Shown here one piece after another: positions 18,564 to 28,408 of a DNA stretch of 61,755 nucleotides. The notes under the pieces were generated by a model. That model worked only from the letters and a program-made list of their open reading frames with translations. It was not told the DNA's origin and did not search any database. Both the position numbers and the translations under genes were made by a program. This stretch comes from Gammaproteobacteria bacterium. GTDB taxonomy: Bacteria > Pseudomonadota > Gammaproteobacteria > DSM-16500. The stretch is from assembly GCA_049294295.1 (NCBI GenBank), contig JBAQCP010000259.1, positions 1 to 61,755 on the forward strand. The letters run 5' to 3'. Position 1 is the stretch's first letter. Every line of letters begins with the position of its first letter.

Positions 18564-19951
18564 GTTTTCATACAAATGGCCCGAACGATGAATCATCACA
18601 AAATGATAGAGATGAACTCGAGAAAGATTTTGATGTTGGTTCTTCTCCGAACTATTTTGCATCACCGAAAAAAGGAACAGGCGTTCGTCGTTTAAATAAC
18701 CTACCCTTGATCGGTGTAGCAGGAGTAATGGCGCTGGTTGTATTAGGTGTCAGCTATACATTTTTCAAAAGACAAACAGAAATGCACACATCTCAATCGA
18801 TAGATGATAGCCCGCCGAGCATGGCGATAGCCGTCCCACCTGTAAAACCAACTGGTACAGATTACGTGCCACCTAGCGAGCCATTAAAAATGGTTACAGA
18901 CGTTTCTGTACAGCCAGTTAAAACAAGTACTCAATTAGATGATCAGTTATCAGTTCCAGATATGCCATCACCAAAAATGCAACGTTTTTTTCAAAAAGAA
19001 GAGCAACTTGAGGACAAACGTTTGGCTCAGTGGGATGAAGCGATGCAGGGAGAAGCCTCAGTGCACGGGTTCGGTGCGAATCAAAATACCCAAAATAGTA
19101 CACAGCAAATAAGTGGGCAGCAAAGTAATAGCCGTATCAACGGAAATGATTTGATTAACCGTTACTTGGCTACAACTGCTTCAGCAACTGGGTCAGCAGC
19201 CACTTCATCGCTGGATGGCTTTAACACGGACAGCAACAACAGTATGGCGAGTGAAAATCAGCAGGATCGTAAACAAGCATTCCTTGCAGGTTCACCAGAG
19301 GCTGCAACGTATTTAGCACATCAGCGTAAAGCGGCTATTGCTCCGTCTCAGGAAATAAAAGCTGGTTGGCTGATACCAAGTGTATTGATAAGCGGTATTG
19401 ATTCAGATCTTCCAGGCCAGATTATTGGACAAGTGAGGGCGGCTGTATATGACAGTGCAACCGGGACACAATGCCTTATTCCGCCCGCTTCACGTCTGAT
19501 GGGCAAGTATTCTAGCTACATAACGCTCGGGCAAACACGTGTACTTGTCGTTTGGCAACGCATTATTTATCCCGATGGTTCATCTTTATCACTTGAGAAT
19601 ATGCCGGGTGCAGATATAGGTGGCTATGCGGGATTTCATGATCAGGTTGATAATCACTACATGCGAATCTTCGGTGGCGGCTTAATGCTTTCGGCTTTTT
19701 CAGCAGGTATCCAGCTTTCACAACCACAAGCTAAAAATGGCGATGTTTACAGTAGTTCACAAATTATCGCGGGCTCTTTGGGTCAACAAATGGGACAGAT
19801 TGGTATGCAAATGGCACAACGAAATATGAATATTCAACCTAATATTAAAATACGTCCCGGCTATCAATTTAACATTGAGGTGACGAAAGATATTATCCTA
19901 CCGACTTGGGAAGGGCACCCGATGGCAGGAAGTTCAGGCAAAGGTTGCTAA
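18560..19951 (+). CDS. trbI: TrbI (VirB10)
   Basis: GVRRLNNLP, GIDSDLPGQI, DQVDNHY, NIQPNIKIRPGY. Confidence 0.95.
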   Translation: MSFHTNGPNDESSQNDRDELEKDFDVGSSPNYFASPKKGTGVRRLNNLPLIGVAGVMALVVLGVSYTFFKRQTEMHTSQSIDDSPPSMAIAVPPVKPTGTDYVPPSEPLKMVTDVSVQPVKTSTQLDDQLSVPDMPSPKMQRFFQKEEQLEDKRLAQWDEAMQGEASVHGFGANQNTQNSTQQISGQQSNSRINGNDLINRYLATTASATGSAATSSLDGFNTDSNNSMASENQQDRKQAFLAGSPEAATYLAHQRKAAIAPSQEIKAGWLIPSVLISGIDSDLPGQIIGQVRAAVYDSATGTQCLIPPASRLMGKYSSYITLGQTRVLVVWQRIIYPDGSSLSLENMPGADIGGYAGFHDQVDNHYMRIFGGGLMLSAFSAGIQLSQPQAKNGDVYSSSQIIAGSLGQQMGQIGMQMAQRNMNIQPNIKIRPGYQFNIEVTKDIILPTWEGHPMAGSSGKGC

Positions 19952-20027
19952 TCGAGTGCAGTCAAAAATGGCAAAGAATATTTCTATTGATTCTCTAAAA
20001 TATTACATCACATGAGGCATCATATTA

Positions 20028-21959
20028 ATGAACAATGTGAAAGCGTCTGCTAGTCACTTACGCCTAATAGCTACAGCTTATTTGGTATTTTTTATTATAG
20101 GACTGAATAGCCTATGTACGCAATTTATAGCATACCGACTTATTTACCATCCTGCGCTAGGCATGCCTGTGTTTCATCACTTCTACAAACCATTTGATTG
20201 GTGGCATTGGATGTTTACATTTTACGATATTGGCCCGTCCTCATTTAACTATGCTTTTATTTTTTTTGCTTTGAGCATACTTTTTGGATTAGTGAGTTAT
20301 GTCATGTGGATAGGTTTTAAAACACGTAGTTCACGTAAACATGAAGATGTTCATGGAACGGCCCATTTTGCAACACTTGAAGAATTAAAACAAACAGGGC
20401 TTTTATCTCAAGAAAATAAACAAGGCGTTTACTGTGGTGCTTATGCTGATCTTGCAACCGGAATGACCCATTACCTTCGACATGATGGACCTGAACATGT
20501 GTGTGCGCTTGCTCCGACTCGATCAGGCAAGGGTGTCGGGCTTGTTATTCCCACTTTGCTAAGTTGGCCTCACTCTGTGTTTGTGCTCGATCGAAAAGGG
20601 GAAAACTACGCTATGACCTCAGGTTGGCGAAAAAAACATGCTAACAATGTTATTCTACGATTTGACCCTGCCAAACCTGATGTTAGCTGCGCATGGAACC
20701 CATTGGGTGAAATTCAATTCCGTACTCGCTTTCAAGTTAGTGATGCACAAAATATTGCATTAATGGTAATAGATTCTGACGGTAAAGGAATCGAAAATAA
20801 TCATTTTCGAAGTGCTGCGTTCGAGTTGTTAGTTGGTTTAATTTTACACGCACTATACAAGAGTGAACAGGTTGGTCGTATACCCTGTTTGCAAGACATC
20901 GCACACATGCTGACAGGTGTCGGTAGTTTTGCAGCACCTGATACAAATAACAATTTGACTCTTGATGACACAGATGGCGACCCTAAAGCACTGGCAGGGC
21001 TGTTTGATGAAATGCGTGTGATCTCTCTCAATAGCCGTGACCCAGTGAATCGTGAGGCACAGCTAGTCATCAATGGTGTCGGTACACGTATGACAAATAC
21101 ACCGGCTCGTGAGTTAGGAAGCATTATTTCAACAGCGAATAATGCGCTTGCATTATATCGTGACCCTATCGTTGGTGAAAACACGTCAAGAAGTGATTTC
21201 AAAATTGCTGATTTAATGGATCATGATCGACCCGTTTCGCTTTATTTTATTTCAACGCCTAAAACCTCTAAGCGTCTAGTGCCACTGACCCGCTTATTGC
21301 TCACGATGATTGTGTTAACCATGGCAGATGAAATGAAGTTTGATAATGGCCGTTCTAAGACCATGCACAAACATCGCTTACTACTAATGTTAGATGAATT
21401 TCCATCACTAGGAAAAATAGAGGTATTTGAAGAAGCGCTTGCATATATTGCTGGTTATGGCATGAAAGCTTATCTTATCACGCAAGACGTGCAGCAGCTT
21501 TATAAAGCATATAGCAACTACGAAAGTATTATATCCAATTGCCATATAAGAATTGCCTACGCGCCTAACAAAGTAGAAACGGCAGAATGGATGTCAAAGA
21601 TGACGGGGATAACCACCGTTGTAAAAGATCAGGTAACAACGTCTGGTAAGCGATTCGGTGCCATACTTGATAATGTGTCACGTAGTTATCAGGAAGTACA
21701 ACGGCCTTTAATGACAACAGATGAAATTATGCGCTTACCAGGACCCATTAAAGACTCAAGTGGAGAAAAGATTATCACGCCAGGTGACATGCTAATTTTC
21801 GTTGCAGGACAGCCAGTTATTCGTGGTCGGCAAATTCTCTATTTTTCTGATCCTGTCTTTTCTAAGCGATCAAAAATTCAACCGGTACCAACGGAGATGA
21901 TACATGTTGCTAAGCAGCATAAATCTCCTTTAGTAACAGAAGGTTTTGTGATTGCATGA
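20028..21959 (+). CDS. traG: Type IV coupling protein TraG (VirD4)
   Basis: HGTAHFA, APTRSGKGVGLVIPTLL, LLMLDEFPSLG. Confidence 0.96.
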   Translation: MNNVKASASHLRLIATAYLVFFIIGLNSLCTQFIAYRLIYHPALGMPVFHHFYKPFDWWHWMFTFYDIGPSSFNYAFIFFALSILFGLVSYVMWIGFKTRSSRKHEDVHGTAHFATLEELKQTGLLSQENKQGVYCGAYADLATGMTHYLRHDGPEHVCALAPTRSGKGVGLVIPTLLSWPHSVFVLDRKGENYAMTSGWRKKHANNVILRFDPAKPDVSCAWNPLGEIQFRTRFQVSDAQNIALMVIDSDGKGIENNHFRSAAFELLVGLILHALYKSEQVGRIPCLQDIAHMLTGVGSFAAPDTNNNLTLDDTDGDPKALAGLFDEMRVISLNSRDPVNREAQLVINGVGTRMTNTPARELGSIISTANNALALYRDPIVGENTSRSDFKIADLMDHDRPVSLYFISTPKTSKRLVPLTRLLLTMIVLTMADEMKFDNGRSKTMHKHRLLLMLDEFPSLGKIEVFEEALAYIAGYGMKAYLITQDVQQLYKAYSNYESIISNCHIRIAYAPNKVETAEWMSKMTGITTVVKDQVTTSGKRFGAILDNVSRSYQEVQRPLMTTDEIMRLPGPIKDSSGEKIITPGDMLIFVAGQPVIRGRQILYFSDPVFSKRSKIQPVPTEMIHVAKQHKSPLVTEGFVIA

Positions 21960-22525
21960 AAGAACGCTATTTCGGAATTGTCATAGTGTGTATAGCGGGT
22001 ATGATTAGTACCATAGTTACAGTTGGATATCATGCTGGCTTACGTCTCAACTTGACAGATTCAGCACCACATGGATTGTGGTACGTGCATATACTCACTA
22101 CCATGACGACTATTAAGCGTGGTGAACTTGTAGAGGTTTGTCCACCTGCATCATCGATTGTTCGCCTCATGGCAGAACAGGGTCATCTTTCCTCGGGGAA
22201 CTGCAAAGATACAAAAACTACTCCGCTCTTAAAGCCAATATCTGCGATTGCCGGTGATGTTGTTCAATTCAAGGCTGGTCAACCGGTGACGGTTAATGGA
22301 ATCACACTGCCAAACACAGCAGCCAAGAAAAATATCCCGTGTTGGGCCGCTGGAAAATATGTTGTTCAGGCAGGGGAAGTATGGCTTTTTTCAAGCTACA
22401 GCCCAAACAGTTTTGACAGCCGATATTTTGGGCCTGTTGCCTTAAGTTCTGTCAGAGGTGTTGCTCGTGCAATCGCAGTGAATGGAAACGTAGCGGCTAT
22501 AACGGCAGGGGTTATTGAGCAATGA
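21956..22525 (+). CDS. traF: Conjugative peptidase / pilin maturase TraF (S26 family)
   Basis: NLTDSAPHG, LLKPISAIAGD, SFDSRYFGP. Confidence 0.92.
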   Translation: MKERYFGIVIVCIAGMISTIVTVGYHAGLRLNLTDSAPHGLWYVHILTTMTTIKRGELVEVCPPASSIVRLMAEQGHLSSGNCKDTKTTPLLKPISAIAGDVVQFKAGQPVTVNGITLPNTAAKKNIPCWAAGKYVVQAGEVWLFSSYSPNSFDSRYFGPVALSSVRGVARAIAVNGNVAAITAGVIEQ

Positions 22526-23394
22526 TTAGCCTCGAGATGATGATGACGTGTGCACCAAATGTGGCACCCGTTACACTTCAGAAAATCATTCAAGTTGAAA
22601 GTGGTGATATTCCTTTAACGGTCAATGTGAATGTTAGATGGGTGATCGAGCATGACGAAAAAGGAAATCCGATCATGATTAAAACAGAAGATGGCCAATT
22701 TAAACCAAAGCGTCGCAAAGTTATTTTTAAAAGTCCCATCAAAATCAAGACCGTTCAAGATGCTGTCACGGTTGCTTATATCGCTATCAATGCTGGGCAT
22801 ACGGTTGATTTAGGCTATATGCAGATTAATAGCAGTAATCTTCAGTCGCTAGGTTATAGCGTGGAGGATATGTTTGACACTTGTAAGAATTTAGCAGCAG
22901 GCGCACGTTTACTCTCTTCGTTTTATAACAGTGCATTATCTAAATATCCGAACGAGCAAGGTGCACTTCGAGCGGCGCTGTCTGCTTACAATACAGGTGA
23001 TTTTATTAAAGGGTCATATAACGGTTATTTATCACGGTATGGCGTTAATCAACAGTTTGCAGATATTAATCCATATACTACGCAAACAAGTATTTTCATT
23101 CAACAAATGTCTAATAAGGAAGAAATGATGAGTAATAAAAATATAGTAAACGAAGCAATAAAAAAAGTCGCACGTGTTGATCCTCTGGTAAGTAAGTCAT
23201 CAAAAGATAGTCACACGCCAGGTGTTCAGGTCGAATATACGGCAGAGGAAGCGGAAGCTAACGGAGCATTTCAAGAGACGGCCATGCCCGAGTCTGAGGC
23301 ATGGGCATCAAATATAGGATTGTCTGAAGATCATGACGAAACAGCTATCATTATCAATGGGAAACCTGTTCATCGGGTGGAGCATTTTCAATGA
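22522..23394 (+). CDS. Lytic transglycosylase (VirB1/TrbN-like) with in-frame C-terminal TraD-like domain
   Basis: IIQVESG, DLGYMQINS, ALSAYNTG; C-terminal TPGVQVEYTAEEAEANGAFQETA resembles IncP TraD. Confidence 0.85.
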   Translation: MISLEMMMTCAPNVAPVTLQKIIQVESGDIPLTVNVNVRWVIEHDEKGNPIMIKTEDGQFKPKRRKVIFKSPIKIKTVQDAVTVAYIAINAGHTVDLGYMQINSSNLQSLGYSVEDMFDTCKNLAAGARLLSSFYNSALSKYPNEQGALRAALSAYNTGDFIKGSYNGYLSRYGVNQQFADINPYTTQTSIFIQQMSNKEEMMSNKNIVNEAIKKVARVDPLVSKSSKDSHTPGVQVEYTAEEAEANGAFQETAMPESEAWASNIGLSEDHDETAIIINGKPVHRVEHFQ

Positions 23395-25685
23395 CTAAAG
23401 AATATGCAGAAACTGTCGCGACACGAATCATTGAACAATTAAAACAAGGTACAGCGCCTTGGCAAAAACCGTGGAGACCTGGCGAGTTACAGCTACCTTA
23501 TAATCCAACCACAGGTAAACCGTATCGAGGCGCTAACAGTCTTTGGCTATACGCACAGGGTTGCGAAGATCCACGTTGGATGACTTACAATCAAGCTGCT
23601 GGGTTAGATGCACAGGTCCGCAAAGGGTCAAAAGGAACGTCGATTGTTTATTGGAAATTTAGTGAAGAACAAAAAGCAAAAGATGAAAATGGGAAACCCA
23701 TTATAGATCTGGTAACAGGTAAGCAAAAAACAATATTGGTGAAACTTGAACGACCCCGCAGTTTCATGGCAGTTGTTTTTAATGGGTCACAAATTGATGG
23801 CCTTCCACCGATTGAATTAAAGGTTACTGGTCTTAAGACAGAGATAGGCCAACATACACGCGCTGAAGCTATCTTAGTTAACTCGGGTGCCAATATTAAT
23901 CATCATCTCGGTGATCGTGCATATTATCATCCTGGCACAGACAAAATTGTTTTACCTGAGCGTCAACAATTTTCTAGTATTGATGGCTATTATGCGACAG
24001 CTATTCATGAATTAGGTCATTGGACAGGGCATTCATCGCGTCTCAATCGCGATTTGTCACATCCATTTGGATCTGAAGGATACGCGCGCGAAGAGCTGAG
24101 AGCCGAAATTGCATCGCTCATGTTAGGTGAACGTCTCAATATTGGCCATGATCCTGGCCAACATGTTGCTTATATTGATTCATGGATATCTGTCTTAGAG
24201 AAAGACCCTAGAGAACTATTTCGCGCTGCATCAGATGCTGAATGGATGTCAGAATACTTAATGGACTTTGATCAAGAGCAAGCCATTGAGAAAGTCATAA
24301 AATTAGAGAGCGAGAACTTTATACAACATGAAAGCCTGGAGAATTCAATGCCGAATAGGACTTATTTAGCTGTGCCTTATTTGGAGAAAGACGAAGCAAA
24401 AGCGAAAGGCGCAAAATGGGATAAAAAAGCAAAATCGTGGTATGCCCCATCAGAGGTAGATATAAAAGCGTCAGGCCTTGAAAAGTGGAGTATAGATAAA
24501 GCTATTATTTCAACGATCGAATCTCAACCTGCCATTGAACAGTTTAAGAATGCTCTAAGAGACATGGGGCTTCGACTTGGCGATAACATTATTTCTGATG
24601 GTACAATTCAACGTTTACCTGTTGAAAGTGATAAGAGTAGCGCAAAGAGTGGCGCATATGCTTATCAAGAAACAAGTGGCGTGCCAAGTGGGTTTATTCA
24701 AAATCATAAAACCGGTGAGAAGATATATTGGAAACCAGAAGGAAAGATACAAGCACTCTCTGCGGCTGAGCACGCCACCCAGATGACGGAAGCTAGGGAA
24801 CAACGCAAAGCACGTGAGGCTAATCAGCAACTAACGCATGAGGCGACAGCAAAAGCTGCATTTGCATTATGGAACGAATCACCTGTTGCTACTACCGACC
24901 ATCTTTATTGCAAATTAAAAGGAATCACTTACGCAAAAAATTTGCGCGTTGTACCTGAACATGTTTCGTCAGAAGCAGAAAAACACTGTATCAGAATTGC
25001 TAAAACAGCTCAGGAAGCCAAAGAGCTGCGCGAAGCAGATCCACGTAATCGAGTTTTTAAGGCAGGCGATTTGCTAATACCAGGAATTGATAGCTCTGGG
25101 AAATTGTGGACCTTGCAAAGTATTAATCCGAATTTTAAGTCGTTCATGAAAAGCGGAAGAAAAGTTGGTATTTATTCTCTTGCAGGAGCTGGCAATCCTC
25201 AGTTGAGGTTGGCCCAGGATAAAAATCCTCCATTAATAATTGCTGAAGGTTATGCGACAGCGGATACCATTTCACGCTTGTTAAATGGTAAACCAGTTGT
25301 TGTTGCTTTCGATTGCGGTAATCTTGATGCTGTTGCTCGCGAATTCCGCAAATACAATCCATTACTCCCAGTATTAATCGCAGCAGATAATGATCACCAA
25401 GCGTTAAAGGTAAATGTTGGGCTAGCAAAGGCAACCGACGCAGCTAAAGCACACGGTGGTGGTGTAGTCATTCCGCAGTTTAAAGATGGTGAAAAAGGTT
25501 CAGATTGGAATGACCTGGCTGCTAACCATGGTGACGAAGTTGCTCGTCGAATGTTCATTCAGCAAATGGAAATAGCCAAGCGCAATGTAGCTATGATAAC
25601 AGAGCAATTAACACCGCGAGCACCCAACAGCTTACCTAAGCAACCAAAAAATCGTAGCAGTCATGATATTGCCGAAAGCATCTAA
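23391..25685 (+). CDS. traC: TraC-like polyvalent protein: ArdC ssDNA-binding, zincin-like, DUF5710 and Toprim primase domains
   Basis: GTAPWQKPW, YRGAN, HELGHWTGH, YAREELRAE, YLAVPYLEKDEAKAKGAKWD, IAEGYATA, AADND, SDWND. Confidence 0.92.
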   Translation: MTKEYAETVATRIIEQLKQGTAPWQKPWRPGELQLPYNPTTGKPYRGANSLWLYAQGCEDPRWMTYNQAAGLDAQVRKGSKGTSIVYWKFSEEQKAKDENGKPIIDLVTGKQKTILVKLERPRSFMAVVFNGSQIDGLPPIELKVTGLKTEIGQHTRAEAILVNSGANINHHLGDRAYYHPGTDKIVLPERQQFSSIDGYYATAIHELGHWTGHSSRLNRDLSHPFGSEGYAREELRAEIASLMLGERLNIGHDPGQHVAYIDSWISVLEKDPRELFRAASDAEWMSEYLMDFDQEQAIEKVIKLESENFIQHESLENSMPNRTYLAVPYLEKDEAKAKGAKWDKKAKSWYAPSEVDIKASGLEKWSIDKAIISTIESQPAIEQFKNALRDMGLRLGDNIISDGTIQRLPVESDKSSAKSGAYAYQETSGVPSGFIQNHKTGEKIYWKPEGKIQALSAAEHATQMTEAREQRKAREANQQLTHEATAKAAFALWNESPVATTDHLYCKLKGITYAKNLRVVPEHVSSEAEKHCIRIAKTAQEAKELREADPRNRVFKAGDLLIPGIDSSGKLWTLQSINPNFKSFMKSGRKVGIYSLAGAGNPQLRLAQDKNPPLIIAEGYATADTISRLLNGKPVVVAFDCGNLDAVAREFRKYNPLLPVLIAADNDHQALKVNVGLAKATDAAKAHGGGVVIPQFKDGEKGSDWNDLAANHGDEVARRMFIQQMEIAKRNVAMITEQLTPRAPNSLPKQPKNRSSHDIAESI

Positions 25686-25707
25686 TAAACAACAGGAGAA
25701 ATTATTT

Positions 25708-27699
25708 ATGACCACACTAGTTATTGTGGAATCACCAAACAAAGTTGCTAAAATTGGTGCGATCCTAGGAGACAAATATAAAGTCATGGCTAGTGTTGGC
25801 CATGTGCGCGACTTACCTACTAAAGAAATGGGAATTGAGACGCCTATGTTTAACCTGACTTATCAACCGACAGATCGAGGAAAAAGCGTATTAAGTAAGC
25901 TGAAGACTGCAGTTGCACAAGCTGACCGCGTGTTGCTTGCTACTGACCCTGATCGTGAGGGAGAAGCGATAGCATGGCATCTTGCTGATGCTCTAAATCT
26001 TAAGCACGCCGAGCGGGTAACATTTACAGCAATTACTAAAGAAAAAATTCTAGCAGCCTTCACTGCACCGCGGCCACTCGATATGCAGCGTGTTCACGCA
26101 CAAGAAGCTCGCCGTGCGCTAGATCGCATCATCGGATATCGTGTTAGTTCAGCATTATCTTCAGCTACCGGGCAACGCCTTGGTGCGGGCCGTGTGCAAT
26201 CGCCTGCTGTTAGATTGGTTGTTGATCGTGAACGCGCTATCGCTGCGTTCAAGGTCACGCAGCATTATGGCGCAGAGCTAATATTTAACAACAATGGAAC
26301 AACATGGAAAGCTCAATGGGATACAAAGCCACACTTGCCTGAATTGGAAAATTATTTACTCAATATGGAGCTTGCAGAACTTGCAGCTGCAGTTCGTCAT
26401 TTAGTCATTTCTGAATATGAAGATAATGAAATAGGCAAAGCACCACCCGCTCCATTCACAACAGCAACATTGCAACAAATTGCCGGTCAGCGTTTCAAAA
26501 TTAAGCCAAAACGAACAATGGAATTGGCTCAACGACTCTATGAACAAGGCGCAATTACCTACCATCGTACCGATACACCTAACATAGATGATGAAGGCTA
26601 TACAGATATTGTCGCTTATGCAGAGAGTGAAGGTTTACCACTAGCTAATAAACAACGTAAATGGAAATCTAAAGAGGGTGCACAAGAAGGTCATGAAGCG
26701 ATACGGCCTACTTATGTGAGCAATCTTGTTTGTGGAGAGAACGACGACGAGCGAGCACTTTACCGCTTAATTTGGCAATATGCAGTCGCGTCTCAGCTAG
26801 CAGATGCAACTTATGCGGTTAGAACAGTTCGTCTTATTGGTGATGCGAATGGAACATCTGTCTCATTTAAAGCTACTGGTCGTACGCTTGTAAAGCAGGG
26901 GTGGCAGGTTATTTATGCTGATAGCGTCGAGGGGGTAGTACAACAATCTGATGATAAGGACAGCAATAACCCTATTCCTGTGATGGCTGTTGAAGAAGCG
27001 TTAGTAGCAACAGATGGGTGCATTCTTGCCAAAAAAACTAAACCACCGACAAGATTTACAGAGCCCACTTTGGTTGCGGAAATGGAGCGCCTAGGAATAG
27101 GCCGTCCCAGCACATATGCTGCCATTTTAGATAACATTAGTACCCGTGAGTATATTTTGGCTGATAAAAATGGTTATCTCGTGCCTTCTTCTCTTGGAGA
27201 GATAGTACGCGATGGTCTGGTTAATCGTTTTGAGTTTGTTGATCTCAACTATACGCGGGAATTAGAAGATCAGCTCGACCAGATAGCAGAAGGGAAAGCT
27301 AATTACATAGATGTTGTTTCAGCTGCATGGGCTGCACTCGATGTTGAGCTTAATAAGCTTAGAGCAGCTGATTTGCCTTGCGAGTATCCTTGTCCGACCT
27401 GCAAGCAATCTCTGCATCGCATTAAAGGTAAGTATGGGTATTTTTGGGCATGTTCTGACCGTGAGTGCAAAACCAATTTACTTGATGCGAAAGGTCAACC
27501 TGGTGAACGTAAGACTCCACCCACGCTAACTGGTATTGCCTGTCCTAAATGCGGCAAAGAGTTGGCTCGTCGAGTTGGTATGAGCAAACCAATCAAGCAT
27601 GGAATGAAATCACGATCTTATGATTTCTATAGCTGTACCGGGTTCCCAAAATGTGACGCAAAATACAGCACGGGAGCCGATGGGAAGCCTGTCCTGTAA
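25708..27699 (+). CDS. Type IA DNA topoisomerase
   Basis: LVIVESP, ATDPDREGE, GRVQS, ITYHRTD, GIGRPSTY, C-terminal zinc ribbons; ATG at 25708 with RBS AGGAG. Confidence 0.95.
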   Translation: MTTLVIVESPNKVAKIGAILGDKYKVMASVGHVRDLPTKEMGIETPMFNLTYQPTDRGKSVLSKLKTAVAQADRVLLATDPDREGEAIAWHLADALNLKHAERVTFTAITKEKILAAFTAPRPLDMQRVHAQEARRALDRIIGYRVSSALSSATGQRLGAGRVQSPAVRLVVDRERAIAAFKVTQHYGAELIFNNNGTTWKAQWDTKPHLPELENYLLNMELAELAAAVRHLVISEYEDNEIGKAPPAPFTTATLQQIAGQRFKIKPKRTMELAQRLYEQGAITYHRTDTPNIDDEGYTDIVAYAESEGLPLANKQRKWKSKEGAQEGHEAIRPTYVSNLVCGENDDERALYRLIWQYAVASQLADATYAVRTVRLIGDANGTSVSFKATGRTLVKQGWQVIYADSVEGVVQQSDDKDSNNPIPVMAVEEALVATDGCILAKKTKPPTRFTEPTLVAEMERLGIGRPSTYAAILDNISTREYILADKNGYLVPSSLGEIVRDGLVNRFEFVDLNYTRELEDQLDQIAEGKANYIDVVSAAWAALDVELNKLRAADLPCEYPCPTCKQSLHRIKGKYGYFWACSDRECKTNLLDAKGQPGERKTPPTLTGIACPKCGKELARRVGMSKPIKHGMKSRSYDFYSCTGFPKCDAKYSTGADGKPVL

Positions 27700-27837
27700 T
27701 CTGTTCGATAAACAACAATAGCTGATGGAATTACACAGCAATTTTATGTTGGCGAGGCTTACGTAATCAGTAAAGCCAATAAATTTAAAGAAGACAAAGT
27801 AAAAGTTAAACTTTGTTAGCATATCAGAGGATATATT

Positions 27838-28305
27838 ATGTTTAGTTTTTTCTTTCCAAGTATCAGATTTAATCATTTTGCTTACCAAGCAGAAAAAATA
27901 GCAGATTTTATCTTTGAGCATCAACCCATTAAACAATGGCCCTTTCATCCAAAGTTACTGCGTTATTTAGATTATCGAAGTGATATGGCTGAGATGCTGG
28001 TCCATTTCAATCAACAAACGAGCACTGCATTTGGATGGATATCATCTTGGATTCCATTTACGAATGCTTATGCTAGTCGGCAATCCATCTCTATTGCTTT
28101 ATCAATGGCAAAAGACTTGTATAATCAAATCAATACGGATTACTGCCGTCATATTAACGATGTAATGAAAAAACAGCTGTATACACCCTCTATTAATTCC
28201 ATGTTGGCTAAGACGCCAACTAATCAATCACGTGCAACATCATTGTTTTCAAATAATAAGCATCATGATCACCAGTCAGAAATAAGAAGGCATTCCGCGC
28301 GGTAA
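27838..28305 (+). CDS. Hypothetical protein
   Basis: ATG with RBS GAGGA, followed by hairpins at about 28307-28386. Confidence 0.6.
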   Translation: MFSFFFPSIRFNHFAYQAEKIADFIFEHQPIKQWPFHPKLLRYLDYRSDMAEMLVHFNQQTSTAFGWISSWIPFTNAYASRQSISIALSMAKDLYNQINTDYCRHINDVMKKQLYTPSINSMLAKTPTNQSRATSLFSNNKHHDHQSEIRRHSAR

Positions 28306-28408
28306 AAGCCATCGTTCAATGATGGCTAATGTTTAATTAATAGTATCGAGCAGCGGGAAAGTATTTAACTGTATCTTCCTGCTGCTACCTTACATCAGCA
28401 TAAGGATT

